DNA of 64,000 bases, taken from Monocercomonoides exilis PA203. Lineage: Eukaryota; Protista; Preaxostyla. The notes beneath the pieces were generated by a model. It saw nothing but the letters and a program-made list of their open reading frames with translations. It searched no databases and was not told the origin of the DNA. Numbering within the stretch: position 1 is the first letter of the stretch; each line of letters starts with the position of its first letter. Position numbers and translations under genes: made by a program. The DNA lies in NCBI GenBank assembly GCA_001643675.2, contig LSRY02000011.1, positions 1,488,001-1,552,000 on the forward strand, written 5' to 3'. This document shows positions 1-11,059 of the stretch, one piece after another.

Positions 1-703
1 CCAAAAATTATTCAAGATAGAAAAACTTTAATTCAAAACTGAAAAAGTTTAAAACAACATCGAAATACTTTAATTCAACATCGAAAATTTTTATTCAAAA
101 TCGAAAAAGAAGTTAATTAGTTCAGAATATCAATTAAAGTCAAAACCAAAAAAGTTTTATTGAAACGAATGTAAATAGCAACAAATGTTTATTTATTGAA
201 ATTGTTTTTCTTTCGTTTTTAACAACTGTTTTCTTCGATATAAACTGATATCAATCGATTCTTTTCTCATTTTGAGTATTGAATATGATATATTTAATCA
301 GTTTCCAATGCAAAAAATGAAATACAAAACATTTCGTTTTCAATATATGAGATAAATTTCTGTCTTTTTGTGCACAAAACAAGATCATGAACTATCATAT
401 CACTTTTATTTTTTTGCAAAAATTGCTAATTATATTCTGAGCACATGTGAAGAATAAAAAAATTGAATATTTTTTTATATTCACGCTTTTGAATACAATC
501 AAACACTAAAATAAAGATCAAAAAATATTTTTCTAATTGAAATTGACAAATTTCTCAGATCAATAACTGAGAGAAAAGAGACTGACATGAGAAAAAATTT
601 TTTAAATTTTTTTAAAAATTTTTGATGATAAAGAATTTTCGATGTTGAATAAAGTATTTTCGATCTTGAATTAAACTTTTTCGATGTTGAATAATTTTTG
701 GTG
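1..703. mobile_element. Foldback/MITE-like element whose inverted ends are tandem ~21-bp units (left end at or just before the window start)
   Basis: 1-~108 has about five ~21-bp units (e.g. AATACTTTAATTCAACATCGA) starting CCAAAAATTATTCAA. ~628-703 has reverse-complement units ending TTGAATAATTTTTGGTG. No ORF inside. TSD cannot be checked at the window edge. Confidence 0.6.
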
Positions 704-1093
704 TATTCTTTAAACACAAAACTTCAAAAAATGGAAAGTGGTTTTCATTCTGCTTTTGTTTCAATTTTTCGCCATGACAAACCATTTCCAAATATCACTG
801 ATAGATTGAAAAAGGGTTTATAAAATCAATTTGATTGTTTTTTAAATAATATTTTTTGAAAAAAAAAATAATCTGCAGATATATGAAACGAAATAGCTCG
901 TTGATTCCTTTCGAAAACAACGAACAGTTTACGGACTTTAAATCTTATATCTGTAAATATATAATTTCCATTCATTTGAGCATAACAACTTCATTTATCG
1001 AACGAGAATATAAAAAACTGAAAACTTCTTTCATTCCATTACCTCATTTCCCATAAAAATTCTTGCATTTTGGTTAATTGCGCTTCATAAATT

Positions 1094-4000
1094 TCATGTT
1101 GAAACAGTGAAAGCATTACTTATACATTTTTCAGTTCCACTTTCATCTCCATCTGAATCCTCTTCCAGATCAACAGCATCAGAAATTGTGAAAATAACTG
1201 TTCCAGCTGGAAATAACTGAATTAATTCTCTCTTTATATTACTTAGCTTCGGCCTGTTTTCATCTTTCTGTTCGATGCAGCACTTTGTCAATTGATATAG
1301 CTTTGACTCACCCAAAATTTCCATCTTTGGCCTTTCTCCTTTCACAATCTTCTGTCCAGCAATCTCTGCCTCATACTCTCCAAATGGGATCTGAAGGGTT
1401 AGGCACTCCCACAGCATCATCCCAATTGAAAATGCAACTGACTCCTTGGTTGCTCCCATCTTCTTGTTCATCAGCAGCTCAGGCGCCATCCATCTCAAAC
1501 ACTCTTTTTTGAAACTATCTTCTTCCTCAAATGCTGATGAGGGCAGAGAGTCGCTTTCATCATCACCACTTGCAGATGTGACAACAGTTGATGAAGAAAT
1601 AGATGAAGAATCTGAATCATCATCGGACAATAAGTCTGAATGCATCACAATGCAGATCACCATATGCTCGGAGAACAGAACAATATGCGGACTCAGATTG
1701 GCCAATGATTGAAGTGGGTTTTCCATTTCGTCAAATGAGTGGAGTGCACCGTTCGCCACCCAGAACAAGACCTGGGCAGCTGTCACCTCCCTCTCCTGCA
1801 AACTTCCAATTGCCATCTCCTTCTTCTCGTTCCTTCCATGAAGCAGCATGAACAGCGAATCCCTCAGATCCACAATCAGCTTCTCATGAGGAGATGAGCA
1901 GGCCATGGCATCCACCAGATTCGACATGGATGAGGTGGTTGGACACAGATCCTCTCCTCGAACAAATGTTGAATCTGAATCAGTTGTTGAAGTGGATGAG
2001 ATAGAAGGCGATGGCGTTCGTTTTCTCGTTTCGTCCTCTTCTTTTTCGTCAACTTTTTCCAGCATCCATTCAGGAATCTTGTCTGAGTCTCTCCCCAAAA
2101 TGTATTCAGTTGATCCACTTTCAGATAGAAGATGTTCAGATGACTCCGAGTGTCCCAAGCTTTTCTCACACACTCTCTTCTTTATCCTTTCATCATTCTT
2201 CTTCTCTGCCTCCCTCTCAGCTCTTCTCCACTGCTCCTCAGGCGACATCTCCATTGTAACCATCTCGAATGCCTTCGGATCTTTCTTTATGTTATCATTG
2301 ACAATCTCCTTGTATTTTTTTGCCTCTTCTTTTGTCCTTCTCCATCGAACTGCCAGAATAATGGACACAACAAGCACAATCAAAAACAATAAAACAAATA
2401 TCACTGCAATTATCAATGCCCATGACCATTTTCCATCTTTCCATCCTTTAACAATTTTTTCATCTCCTTTAGACTGGATTTCGCTTTTATTCTTCAGTAT
2501 CTGTGGAAAAGTAGAAGCTAACTGCTTTCCAAACGTAATCATCACAGACACCTCTGTTTCATCTGCAATCGAATGTATATTTTCTGATGGGATTGTTCCA
2601 ATCACTTCATCTTCAGACACAAAACTGTCTTCCTCAAATGGATATGTCTCAACCAACTCTACATCCCCTGTTTTGAATATCAATCTGAATGACAAATCAC
2701 AAGGAAGAAGAAGCTTTCCATTGAATTTCATTTCAATGTTGCTGCCATTTTCATTTACTGAAACATCTTCCAGTATGGGAATGAAGAAAGGATATGACCT
2801 TTCTGCAGCTATCCCTCCAAGCGTGCATCCATCATTCAGAATCCAGAGTGAGGAATTATCTTTCAATCCATCTCCACCTTTCAAGCTGGAAATGGTCAAT
2901 GACGCTGAATCTGAGCAAATGATGTTTCTTCTCGCTGATGGATATTTTTCAATGAAAGGATTGTTGTTCAAAAACTCTCCTTTCTCAATTGTCACATTGC
3001 CAGCAGACACTGACAATCCACCTGATGAAGCGTTCGAAATAATCACATCCTTCATCACCAATAAAGAATTCACTGAATGAACAAGTGATCCATTCCATTT
3101 ACATATTTCTTCAAAAATATTTCCACTTTCCAATAATGTATTTTTTGTTAACATTCCTTCAATTTCACACATGCGCATCGAAACATCGTTCGTATTGTTC
3201 ATCTCCATAACGCTTCCTTTATCCGATAAAGAAATGGAATTTGAGCAGGAACCATTTGTAAACGAAATACATGCAGAAGTTGAAGAAGCTGAAAGAACAG
3301 AAGCTCCTTCTGAATTCCTTGAGCAGTTGTCAAAAGACGAGCTTCCAACAGAAATTGTTCCTGAAGATGAACTGCCAATTGCAATGATGCAACCATCTGA
3401 TAGCTTCACTCCATCCGCAGATACTCCATTCAATACAACACTTCCACAATCACCAATCTCAAATACATTTGATGTTGACTTAATCTGTTCCAGTTTCATA
3501 TTTGTGATTGATACCTCATCTCCATTAAACAGAAATGAAGGCTTCTTGAATGAAAGCATTGATATTGAGCAGTTGTCAACATGAAGAATTCCATTTTCGA
3601 TGTTCAACAATGTTGAATTCAGAACAACAGATTCAATGCTTTCTGATTGGCCAACAGATGAAAAATCAACAAATGAAAGAGAAAGTTGGCCATTTGCTTC
3701 ATGAATAACTGAGCTGCCTGAATACGAAAATAACTGATAGAAATTGAATTTAACGTTCTCAATCCGAACTCTCTCTGACGTTGTGAAGATGCTTTCCTCG
3801 TTGGTTATTGTCGAGTTCAAGCACACAAAAGCTGATGAAGGAGATTGCAGCGAGCGGATGCTAACATCTTGAATGTTGCACGCATCAACAATAGCAGTTT
3901 GCTCCATGATCAGCAGCTGAGAATAGCGTGATGGAACGATATGTTTCACCCCCACATTCAACGACTCGCAAGGAACATTGAGTTCTCCACATTGTTTGCT

Positions 4001-7000
4001 GTCTGCGTGATTATCCGCGATATCTGAGACAAATATCGTCTCGCTCTGATATTTTACAACCCTCAGTAGAAGATCTTCTTCCCCAACAAAGGAGTCTGTT
4101 GTGCATCCCCATATTGCAAGATCCTTCACAAATGGAGCTCTGAAATCCAAAAGGAATTGCTCATCAACAATTTGTGTTTCAATTGAGTGACATCGAACAT
4201 ATGCATCTCTCCCTCTCAATGCAGAGTTGTCTCTGAATGTGATATTCGACAACACAAAGTTCAGAGGCTGTTCAACCACCGAGGCGCATTCCAGAAACAA
4301 CCAGCCTCCTCTTCCTGTAGCTGAGCAGAAGCACCCAGAAATCGTGCAAAATGAGCAGTCAAAGCTTCCTCCCTCATTCAACACACAAAACATCCCTCCC
4401 CCCTTTTCACATTTCGATCCACCACACTTCTTCATCGTTATGTTTCTTATCACAATTTTCAATGGCTCACCATCAATTTCGTTCCGAATGATAGGAATAT
4501 CATTGGTTGTGTTCTGAGTGACTTCTTCAAACAAACTCCACTCAATGACAATATCTTGTTCCTCTTCATTTGTCTCTCTTCTTGAACTCTTTGAAATACT
4601 CAATCCGCTTGCTCCTTCCAGCTCAACATTTTTCATTGTCAGGTTTTTCACATTCAATATCGTTGATGAAAGCACAGAAATAACATCTTTTAAAAAGCTT
4701 AGTGACTGAATTAACACAAATTCCAATTTGACTGAACAGCCATCTGCCTTGATAAGTCCATAGTTAATCATTTCTTCTCCGCTTTCTTCATTTTTTGAGA
4801 ATGAGCAGTCTTTCACAGTCAATGATCCTTCATTTGATCCAACATGAATGAAAAAATTGACTCTTCCTGTGAATGAAGATGGAATCACAAAGCGAATTAG
4901 TTCGAAATTGGAAATTCCAGAAATCTCCATTGCTGCTTCTTCTGCTCCTTCAAGAGATGAGAGACACTCCAAAGAACACATTTCATCATCAGCTGATTTT
5001 ATAGAAATATAATTGATGTCAACACATTTCTGAAGAATTCCTTTTCCATTGATGTTTATATTCCTTTCATTTCCTTCAGACTGTTTTGTTAGTGAATAAT
5101 CAATTGACAGACATGGATAATCAAAGAACCCACATGCACCCATATCTTTTCCTTCGCCTCCAACAAATATCTCCGATCCAAGTGCAATCCAGAAATACAT
5201 CAGTGGAATGACATTTGTTGTGTCACTCCCATCGAAACCCATCATAGAATTCAAGGAAATATCAGCCAAATGTCCAAGCACAAACGGAAGGGATGTATTT
5301 GTGATACTCTGTGTCAAGTTGGATGATTCGACAAACAGGTCATTTCCATATCTTGCAACATTCGGATTATCAGAATCAAAAATGGGTGATGAAATCACAA
5401 ATGAAGAAGAGTCATCAATCAGCTTCAGTGCCATCCCACCCCCAAAGCCAGTCTTCCGTTCTTCTTCAGCTGGTGCTGTGCATCCTGTGAATGTGCACGA
5501 AATAATGTTCAATCGAGTATTCCCTTTCAGCTGAGCATCGATAGCCCCTCCTCTGCTTTCATCAGCCAATACAGAACATCCATCAAAGCCACATTCTTCA
5601 ATATAAATTTCTCCATTTGAATTTTCATTTTCATCATTGCTATTATCAATGCTCACACAGCCTCCACTTCCAGCTGCTCTTTCAATTTCTGAAAAAGTGC
5701 AGTTCGTCATGTTCAACCACAGAGTGCTCATTGACTCTGTATTTGTTCCACTTCCAGACAATGAGATCAATGGACTTCCACTCAAATCAATCGATGAAGC
5801 TGAAAACGAATCAATATACAAGGTTCCAGACTCAATAGTTAAGAATAAAAATGAAATTTCTGATGAAGGTCCTTGAAGAATCAAAGAACAATGAGACAAA
5901 GACAGTTGTGAAGAAGAAGAAATGAAAATGGAGTGTGATGAAAAAGAAGGAGGAAGAGAAAAGATGAGTTTTGACAAGACTGTTTCAGTACTTGCTGTTA
6001 TCATTGCTGAATTTGATGTTGAACTTGCATCAGAGATTGTCCAACCACTTTGATCATCATTTCCCCTGATTTCATGCTTCTGTTCATCAAATGCCAATTC
6101 ATCGTTCATTGAAATCATTCCACTCACAACAACTTTCTTTGTTCCTGTAAACCGTGTGAGCGAATGTTTCATTGTCAAACAAGGGAATTTGACTATTCCA
6201 CAACGAGAATGGTCAGATGCTTCGATGTTACTCACACATATTTCTGTTCGAATTGGAAGGAGATAGATGCACAGAGGGATAGCCAAAGTTGTGTTTCCAT
6301 TGTCATATCCTCTCACCTCGTCAACAGAATCCAATGAATCTGACACACATGTGATGTTTTCTGATTTTGCTGTTTCTTCCAGATTGGGTGAAATGACAAA
6401 AATATCATTCCCCCATTTGGCTGTGTTTGTGCCAAACGAAGAGGAGATCAGGAAATCCGGATTTTCATTCAATAATCGAAGAAGGATTCCTCCCCCAAAT
6501 CCATACTCCGCAGAACAATAGCATTCATCAAAAGATCCACCATTCACTTTGACTTCGTTTTCATTCCCAACACACAGCATCATCGATCCCCCATCAGCCG
6601 ATGTTCTGCTTCCACATCCTTCAAAAGTGCTAGAATTCACATCAATGTTTGCCTTGTCATTCGAAAACGACATCACTGCTGCTCCGCTCGGTGTTCTCTC
6701 AATCCCATGAAAGGCGCACTCTGAAAATGCCAATGAAATCGCATTTGTTGAAGAAAGCGAAACCAGTGAATTTGTGGAAATCGTCTTTGCCCAGCTCACG
6801 TGTTCCATCTGAAGGATCCCATTCTGGACATTTATCAGTTCTGTCGAAAATGCTGTTTCTGTTGATTGTCCGCTCCCAAAAGATATGTTCAGTCGACTTA
6901 TGCTCATCTCTCCTGTTCCAGTGATCTCAAATAGCCTCGAAGCTCGATTGTTTGCATGTGCCGAGCTGTGCAAAAGTGAAAGGTCATTGATGGATAATGT

Positions 7001-8794
7001 GCCTGCTGAGACCGAAAAAAGAGACAAGCCGGCTGTTATAAATTCTGTTTGCATTACCGTTCCCGAATCACTTTGTCCACATATTGCGAATGTGTTGACG
7101 CCACAATTCACACTTTTGGTCTCTGTAATCGTTCCTGTTAATATCTCGATATCAGTAACATAGTCAGGAATTAGTTGAGTCAAGCAATAACTAACGGTTC
7201 TGCAAGGATGACTTTCATCCAGTCCACATGCAAATGTGTCTTTGGCGTTTGACTGTGTTTCAGTCGAAGAAACAAATCTGATATTTCCAAAATCATTGCG
7301 AAGCCATTCGCTTTTGTCAATAATTGAAGGTGTATACACACTAACTCTATTTGATGTTTTCCTTGTTGAAAAGCAGCTAGAATCAATGTTATTTTCCGAA
7401 AGGCCATCAAAATATATGTCATGACCTGCTTTTATGCATGTATTATTGTGAAAAAAGCAAAAATAAAATAAAATTCCATTATTATTCGCATTAATTTGTT
7501 GGCTAACTGCACCTCCGTAATATGAATTGCAATGATAAAACTGACAATTTGTAATGATAACTTGATCAATCCCTTCCCAATGTTCAATGGCACCTCCAGT
7601 GGACGAGGGAGAATTGTTTGCTTTGCAGCATTCAAAACACGAATTGATGATGCAATGCTTCTGCCTCTGAGTTTTTGTTGGGCGTAGATCAATTGCACCT
7701 CCATCTTCTCCAGATGAGCAATTGAAAAATGAGCAATCATTAACCATTGATTGCACATTTATATATTCATCTTGAATTCCTCCCCCACCATAATTTGTTG
7801 ATCCTTTTGCTGTGCATTGAGCAAATGATGAATGAAGAACAATGCATTCAGCGATTTTCAGTGCATATATTGCACCTCCTCTTGTGGATGAAGCATTGCA
7901 TCTTGTGAATGATGAATTTTCAACTGAAAGGATTGCATTTGCATTATCATGCGCATAAAGTGCACCTCCTTGTAGGGATGTGCAATCAGTCCATTCACAC
8001 AACGAAAAGAATTGGCTTTCCGTTGTGTTCAGCTTTTCTTTTTTCTCAAAAGCATTCATTTCTCTTTTCCCGAAATTTATTGATGTGTTTTTGCAGATGA
8101 ATTCATATGAAGAATAAGATCCGCTTGAGATCCCTCCTTCAAATGCATTCACACACGAATAAATGAGACTGTTCTCCATTGAACTCAAAAAGCATAAATG
8201 TTCTATATGATAATCACTGTTTTTGTCATATTTCATAGAAATGTTCCTGAAAGCACAGTTATTAATCTGTTCATTTTGGCTCTTTCCAGACAATAGGAAA
8301 TAATGTGAGGATGACACAAACAGATCCATCATGATCGAATTTCTCAAAATGGCAGAATTTAAATCATCAGATGAAAAAATAAGACTGGAAGGGTTGACAT
8401 TCATTTGGGGGATCAAAATCAGATTCATCATGTTGAGAGTCCCACTTTGCAAATGAAAAGGAGATTCCGATTTTTGGTGAGAAATGCAGGAATCCATTGT
8501 TAGAGTTGATTTGTCCGTTATTAGCACACATGTTGAAGAAGAACATTCGATTGCCAAACATTTCAGTTCAACTGAAGAATTGGAAAAGCGTAAAAATGAA
8601 CAAATCGTTGTGGATGTTTCTGACTGCAATCTTTTCACTCTTGGAAATGAATTCTGTTCAAATAAGTAATTATTATCGACTTTTGATTGAAATTGTGTTT
8701 CATTTGAGTTTCCTTGACAAAATTTAAACAATTTATAAATAAAAACAATTCGAAAGAATACCTTTGTTTTCCAATGTGGCAGTTCCAGAGACAT
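1094..8794 (-). CDS. Large type I membrane protein: Cys/Ser-rich beta-helix (pectin-lyase/Pmp-like) ectodomain, one TM helix, cytoplasmic tyrosine-kinase-like C-lobe remnant
   Basis: Uninterrupted ~2,570-codon ORF (first ATG 8794). Repeated GGAI/GGAL and FxxC motifs, four D-x3-CG-x4/5-PC motifs, TM WALIIAVIFVLLFLIVLVVSIILAV. C-terminal LRWMAPELL / AFSIGMMLWECLTLQIPF / CIEQKDENRP match kinase subdomains VIII-XI. Confidence 0.85.
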   Translation of the reverse strand: MSLELPHWKTKVFFRIVFIYKLFKFCQGNSNETQFQSKVDNNYLFEQNSFPRVKRLQSETSTTICSFLRFSNSSVELKCLAIECSSSTCVLITDKSTLTMDSCISHQKSESPFHLQSGTLNMMNLILIPQMNVNPSSLIFSSDDLNSAILRNSIMMDLFVSSSHYFLLSGKSQNEQINNCAFRNISMKYDKNSDYHIEHLCFLSSMENSLIYSCVNAFEGGISSGSYSSYEFICKNTSINFGKREMNAFEKKEKLNTTESQFFSLCEWTDCTSLQGGALYAHDNANAILSVENSSFTRCNASSTRGGAIYALKIAECIVLHSSFAQCTAKGSTNYGGGGIQDEYINVQSMVNDCSFFNCSSGEDGGAIDLRPTKTQRQKHCIINSCFECCKANNSPSSTGGAIEHWEGIDQVIITNCQFYHCNSYYGGAVSQQINANNNGILFYFCFFHNNTCIKAGHDIYFDGLSENNIDSSCFSTRKTSNRVSVYTPSIIDKSEWLRNDFGNIRFVSSTETQSNAKDTFACGLDESHPCRTVSYCLTQLIPDYVTDIEILTGTITETKSVNCGVNTFAICGQSDSGTVMQTEFITAGLSLFSVSAGTLSINDLSLLHSSAHANNRASRLFEITGTGEMSISRLNISFGSGQSTETAFSTELINVQNGILQMEHVSWAKTISTNSLVSLSSTNAISLAFSECAFHGIERTPSGAAVMSFSNDKANIDVNSSTFEGCGSRTSADGGSMMLCVGNENEVKVNGGSFDECYCSAEYGFGGGILLRLLNENPDFLISSSFGTNTAKWGNDIFVISPNLEETAKSENITCVSDSLDSVDEVRGYDNGNTTLAIPLCIYLLPIRTEICVSNIEASDHSRCGIVKFPCLTMKHSLTRFTGTKKVVVSGMISMNDELAFDEQKHEIRGNDDQSGWTISDASSTSNSAMITASTETVLSKLIFSLPPSFSSHSIFISSSSQLSLSHCSLILQGPSSEISFLFLTIESGTLYIDSFSASSIDLSGSPLISLSGSGTNTESMSTLWLNMTNCTFSEIERAAGSGGCVSIDNSNDENENSNGEIYIEECGFDGCSVLADESRGGAIDAQLKGNTRLNIISCTFTGCTAPAEEERKTGFGGGMALKLIDDSSSFVISSPIFDSDNPNVARYGNDLFVESSNLTQSITNTSLPFVLGHLADISLNSMMGFDGSDTTNVIPLMYFWIALGSEIFVGGEGKDMGACGFFDYPCLSIDYSLTKQSEGNERNININGKGILQKCVDINYISIKSADDEMCSLECLSSLEGAEEAAMEISGISNFELIRFVIPSSFTGRVNFFIHVGSNEGSLTVKDCSFSKNEESGEEMINYGLIKADGCSVKLEFVLIQSLSFLKDVISVLSSTILNVKNLTMKNVELEGASGLSISKSSRRETNEEEQDIVIEWSLFEEVTQNTTNDIPIIRNEIDGEPLKIVIRNITMKKCGGSKCEKGGGMFCVLNEGGSFDCSFCTISGCFCSATGRGGWLFLECASVVEQPLNFVLSNITFRDNSALRGRDAYVRCHSIETQIVDEQFLLDFRAPFVKDLAIWGCTTDSFVGEEDLLLRVVKYQSETIFVSDIADNHADSKQCGELNVPCESLNVGVKHIVPSRYSQLLIMEQTAIVDACNIQDVSIRSLQSPSSAFVCLNSTITNEESIFTTSERVRIENVKFNFYQLFSYSGSSVIHEANGQLSLSFVDFSSVGQSESIESVVLNSTLLNIENGILHVDNCSISMLSFKKPSFLFNGDEVSITNMKLEQIKSTSNVFEIGDCGSVVLNGVSADGVKLSDGCIIAIGSSSSGTISVGSSSFDNCSRNSEGASVLSASSTSACISFTNGSCSNSISLSDKGSVMEMNNTNDVSMRMCEIEGMLTKNTLLESGNIFEEICKWNGSLVHSVNSLLVMKDVIISNASSGGLSVSAGNVTIEKGEFLNNNPFIEKYPSARRNIICSDSASLTISSLKGGDGLKDNSSLWILNDGCTLGGIAAERSYPFFIPILEDVSVNENGSNIEMKFNGKLLLPCDLSFRLIFKTGDVELVETYPFEEDSFVSEDEVIGTIPSENIHSIADETEVSVMITFGKQLASTFPQILKNKSEIQSKGDEKIVKGWKDGKWSWALIIAVIFVLLFLIVLVVSIILAVRWRRTKEEAKKYKEIVNDNIKKDPKAFEMVTMEMSPEEQWRRAEREAEKKNDERIKKRVCEKSLGHSESSEHLLSESGSTEYILGRDSDKIPEWMLEKVDEKEEDETRKRTPSPSISSTSTTDSDSTFVRGEDLCPTTSSMSNLVDAMACSSPHEKLIVDLRDSLFMLLHGRNEKKEMAIGSLQEREVTAAQVLFWVANGALHSFDEMENPLQSLANLSPHIVLFSEHMVICIVMHSDLLSDDDSDSSSISSSTVVTSASGDDESDSLPSSAFEEEDSFKKECLRWMAPELLMNKKMGATKESVAFSIGMMLWECLTLQIPFGEYEAEIAGQKIVKGERPKMEILGESKLYQLTKCCIEQKDENRPKLSNIKRELIQLFPAGTVIFTISDAVDLEEDSDGDESGTEKCISNAFTVST

Positions 8795-11059
8795 CTTGTG
8801 TTTCAAATGTCTTTACAAGAATCAAACATGCCAAAAAGCACAAATGCATTCTTATGTATAATAAAAATCAATTTTGATTTTAAAAAATTAATTGTTTTCG
8901 GATGATCAAAAGAGCCCTTAATAATGTTATAAACATAATTCAAAATGGGCAAAAATTTTTGCAATTATGAAAAAAACAGAGAATTGTTCCAAACTTTTTC
9001 AACAATCATATCATTATGCATCAACCGGAACAATGCAAAAAATTACTGAAAAATTCTCAAATTGTGAAAATAATATTCGAAAATATTGAATGGAACAAAA
9101 TTCATAAATCAAAATATTTTTTCCCAAATAGAAAAATTCCTTCTTTCAACAACAATTTTTCGGATTTTGAAATATATTTGAGAAACTTCCGAAACAATGA
9201 CATTTCTTCAGTTGCTTCCATGCATGAATCTGTTTTTGTTGTTTCAGATGATAATTTTCCTGATCGTAATAAAAAATAAATAAATAAACGAGAAGTTTGA
9301 AAAAACAATCTACAAAAAGTGAGGCCAAATTGAATAAAAGAACGTTTTAAAACACTATCAAAAAGAAATCACTGCATAATAAAAGCGCAAAAAGTGTAAA
9401 GTAATTTATGTTTATTTTTTTTTAACAAACTTTTTATAAATTCGACCTTTAAATGGAATGACATATAAGCAAATGTCTCGCCTTTCGAAGTAGTAAAATG
9501 ATGAGCCTTTCTTTTCCATATACTTCGCTTTTCGCTGAAAAGAAACGATGACAATCTTTCAGAAACTTCCCGTTTTTGTTGTTTCAAATGCTTATCTACC
9601 AGCTCTTTCTTCATCCCTTCTGCTGCTAAATTGTTCTCCTCTCAAAACTTCCACCATCTTTCGCGTTATTTCACTGATCAATTCCTATCTCTCTCTCCAT
9701 CTCTCTCTCTCTCTCTCTCTCCTTTTTTTTTTTTTTCCCCAATCAGTCGGTGTATTTGAAATGTTTATGGATTCTTCTTTTGGATTATGAGATGAAGAAA
9801 GAGATGAAGAGCTTGAAGAAGAACTTGAAGAAGAATTTCATCAGAAAAGTACGATAATAATTAACAACAAATAGAAGGGGAGGAGAAAGAGGAAAAGATT
9901 CATTGGAATAATGCTGGAACTGATTATGTTGATGCTAATGTTGTTGTTGATGATGATGATGAGGCAGAGGAAGAAAATTTTGAACAATTTGAGAATTTGA
10001 AGAGAAAGAAGAAGAGGAAGAATTCGATAAAAACATCTCTATCTTCAAACATGTTCATTCAATTCTATCTTTAATGTTCTTCTTCTCCTCCTCCTTTCTT
10101 CTTCTTCTTCTCATTTGCATTCCATTTCTTTGTTGGTGCTTCTTCTGTCAATTTAACCTGTGTCACTTTCCTTTTTCTGTAAATACCAACAACTGTTTGT
10201 ATTAAACATTTCCCCAAAATATCGGACAATTTGAAGTGATCATCCTTTCCCCATTGAATTCCATTCTGCTCATCTTCAGTTCAATGTTTCTCAATCAAAA
10301 TTGTTCTCATCTCTTGTTCACATAAAAATTATAAAAAGCACAATACTTGCACATGTCCTCTCATTCGCTAATTGCTAGATTTCATTCAGCCCGCTTCGCT
10401 TCCATTCTGCTCCGCAAAGTGAAGATTGCACAATTTCTGTAATTAGTCAGATGCTTGGGTTCTGGAAAGATGGCAAATGAAAACATCCTCGCAATGAATA
10501 ATACTTTTAAAAATGCAAGTATACGGGCATTAAGTTTCAACTAAAAAATCACAGTATTTCCTTGGCCATCCAAATACAAAAATCATCTCACAAAATTCCA
10601 AAATCGATTCATTGTCGTAATCATCTGGTGCCACCATAGGAAATAACATTTCTAATTCTGATGTTAATATTCATTCACCGACCCTTTGCTGTGTGGACGG
10701 ACATTCCTGTTCTTTTATTTCTCATGATCTGAATATCCATTATAAATAATCATGATTTAATAAAACAATTCTTTCGCACAATTCTAAGGAGCAAAAATTA
10801 ATATATATATAAATTCTAATTCAAAAAAAGAGATGTGATTTTCAATTTTTCCATGGATGTTTTTCGTTTTCATTCTCCTTCATATTCAACTTTCCATTCC
10901 TGTTCTCATTCAATTGGAATGATGAAAGTTGTGCTATTTTCTGGATGCACTTCTTTCACAAATCTTTCAGGAGATTGATATCATTGAAATATTTGCTGGA
11001 TTGTTTGCATCGTGATATTTGAATTGATAAATATTGCATTTTTTTCTTTTTTGTTATAG

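Noticed and set aside
1-110. 21-bp periodic repeats as a CRISPR array
   Set aside because: Units are contiguous with no unique spacers, no cas genes, and the context is eukaryotic.
1905-3080. 391-aa plus-strand ORF and other antisense ORFs within the 2,570-aa gene
   Set aside because: Shadow frames of the minus-strand CDS with no independent motifs.
9460-10780. Possible decayed minus-strand gene (purine-skewed, Ser/Glu-like tracts)
   Set aside because: No frame stays open and no family motif could be recognised; cannot be called without a translated search.
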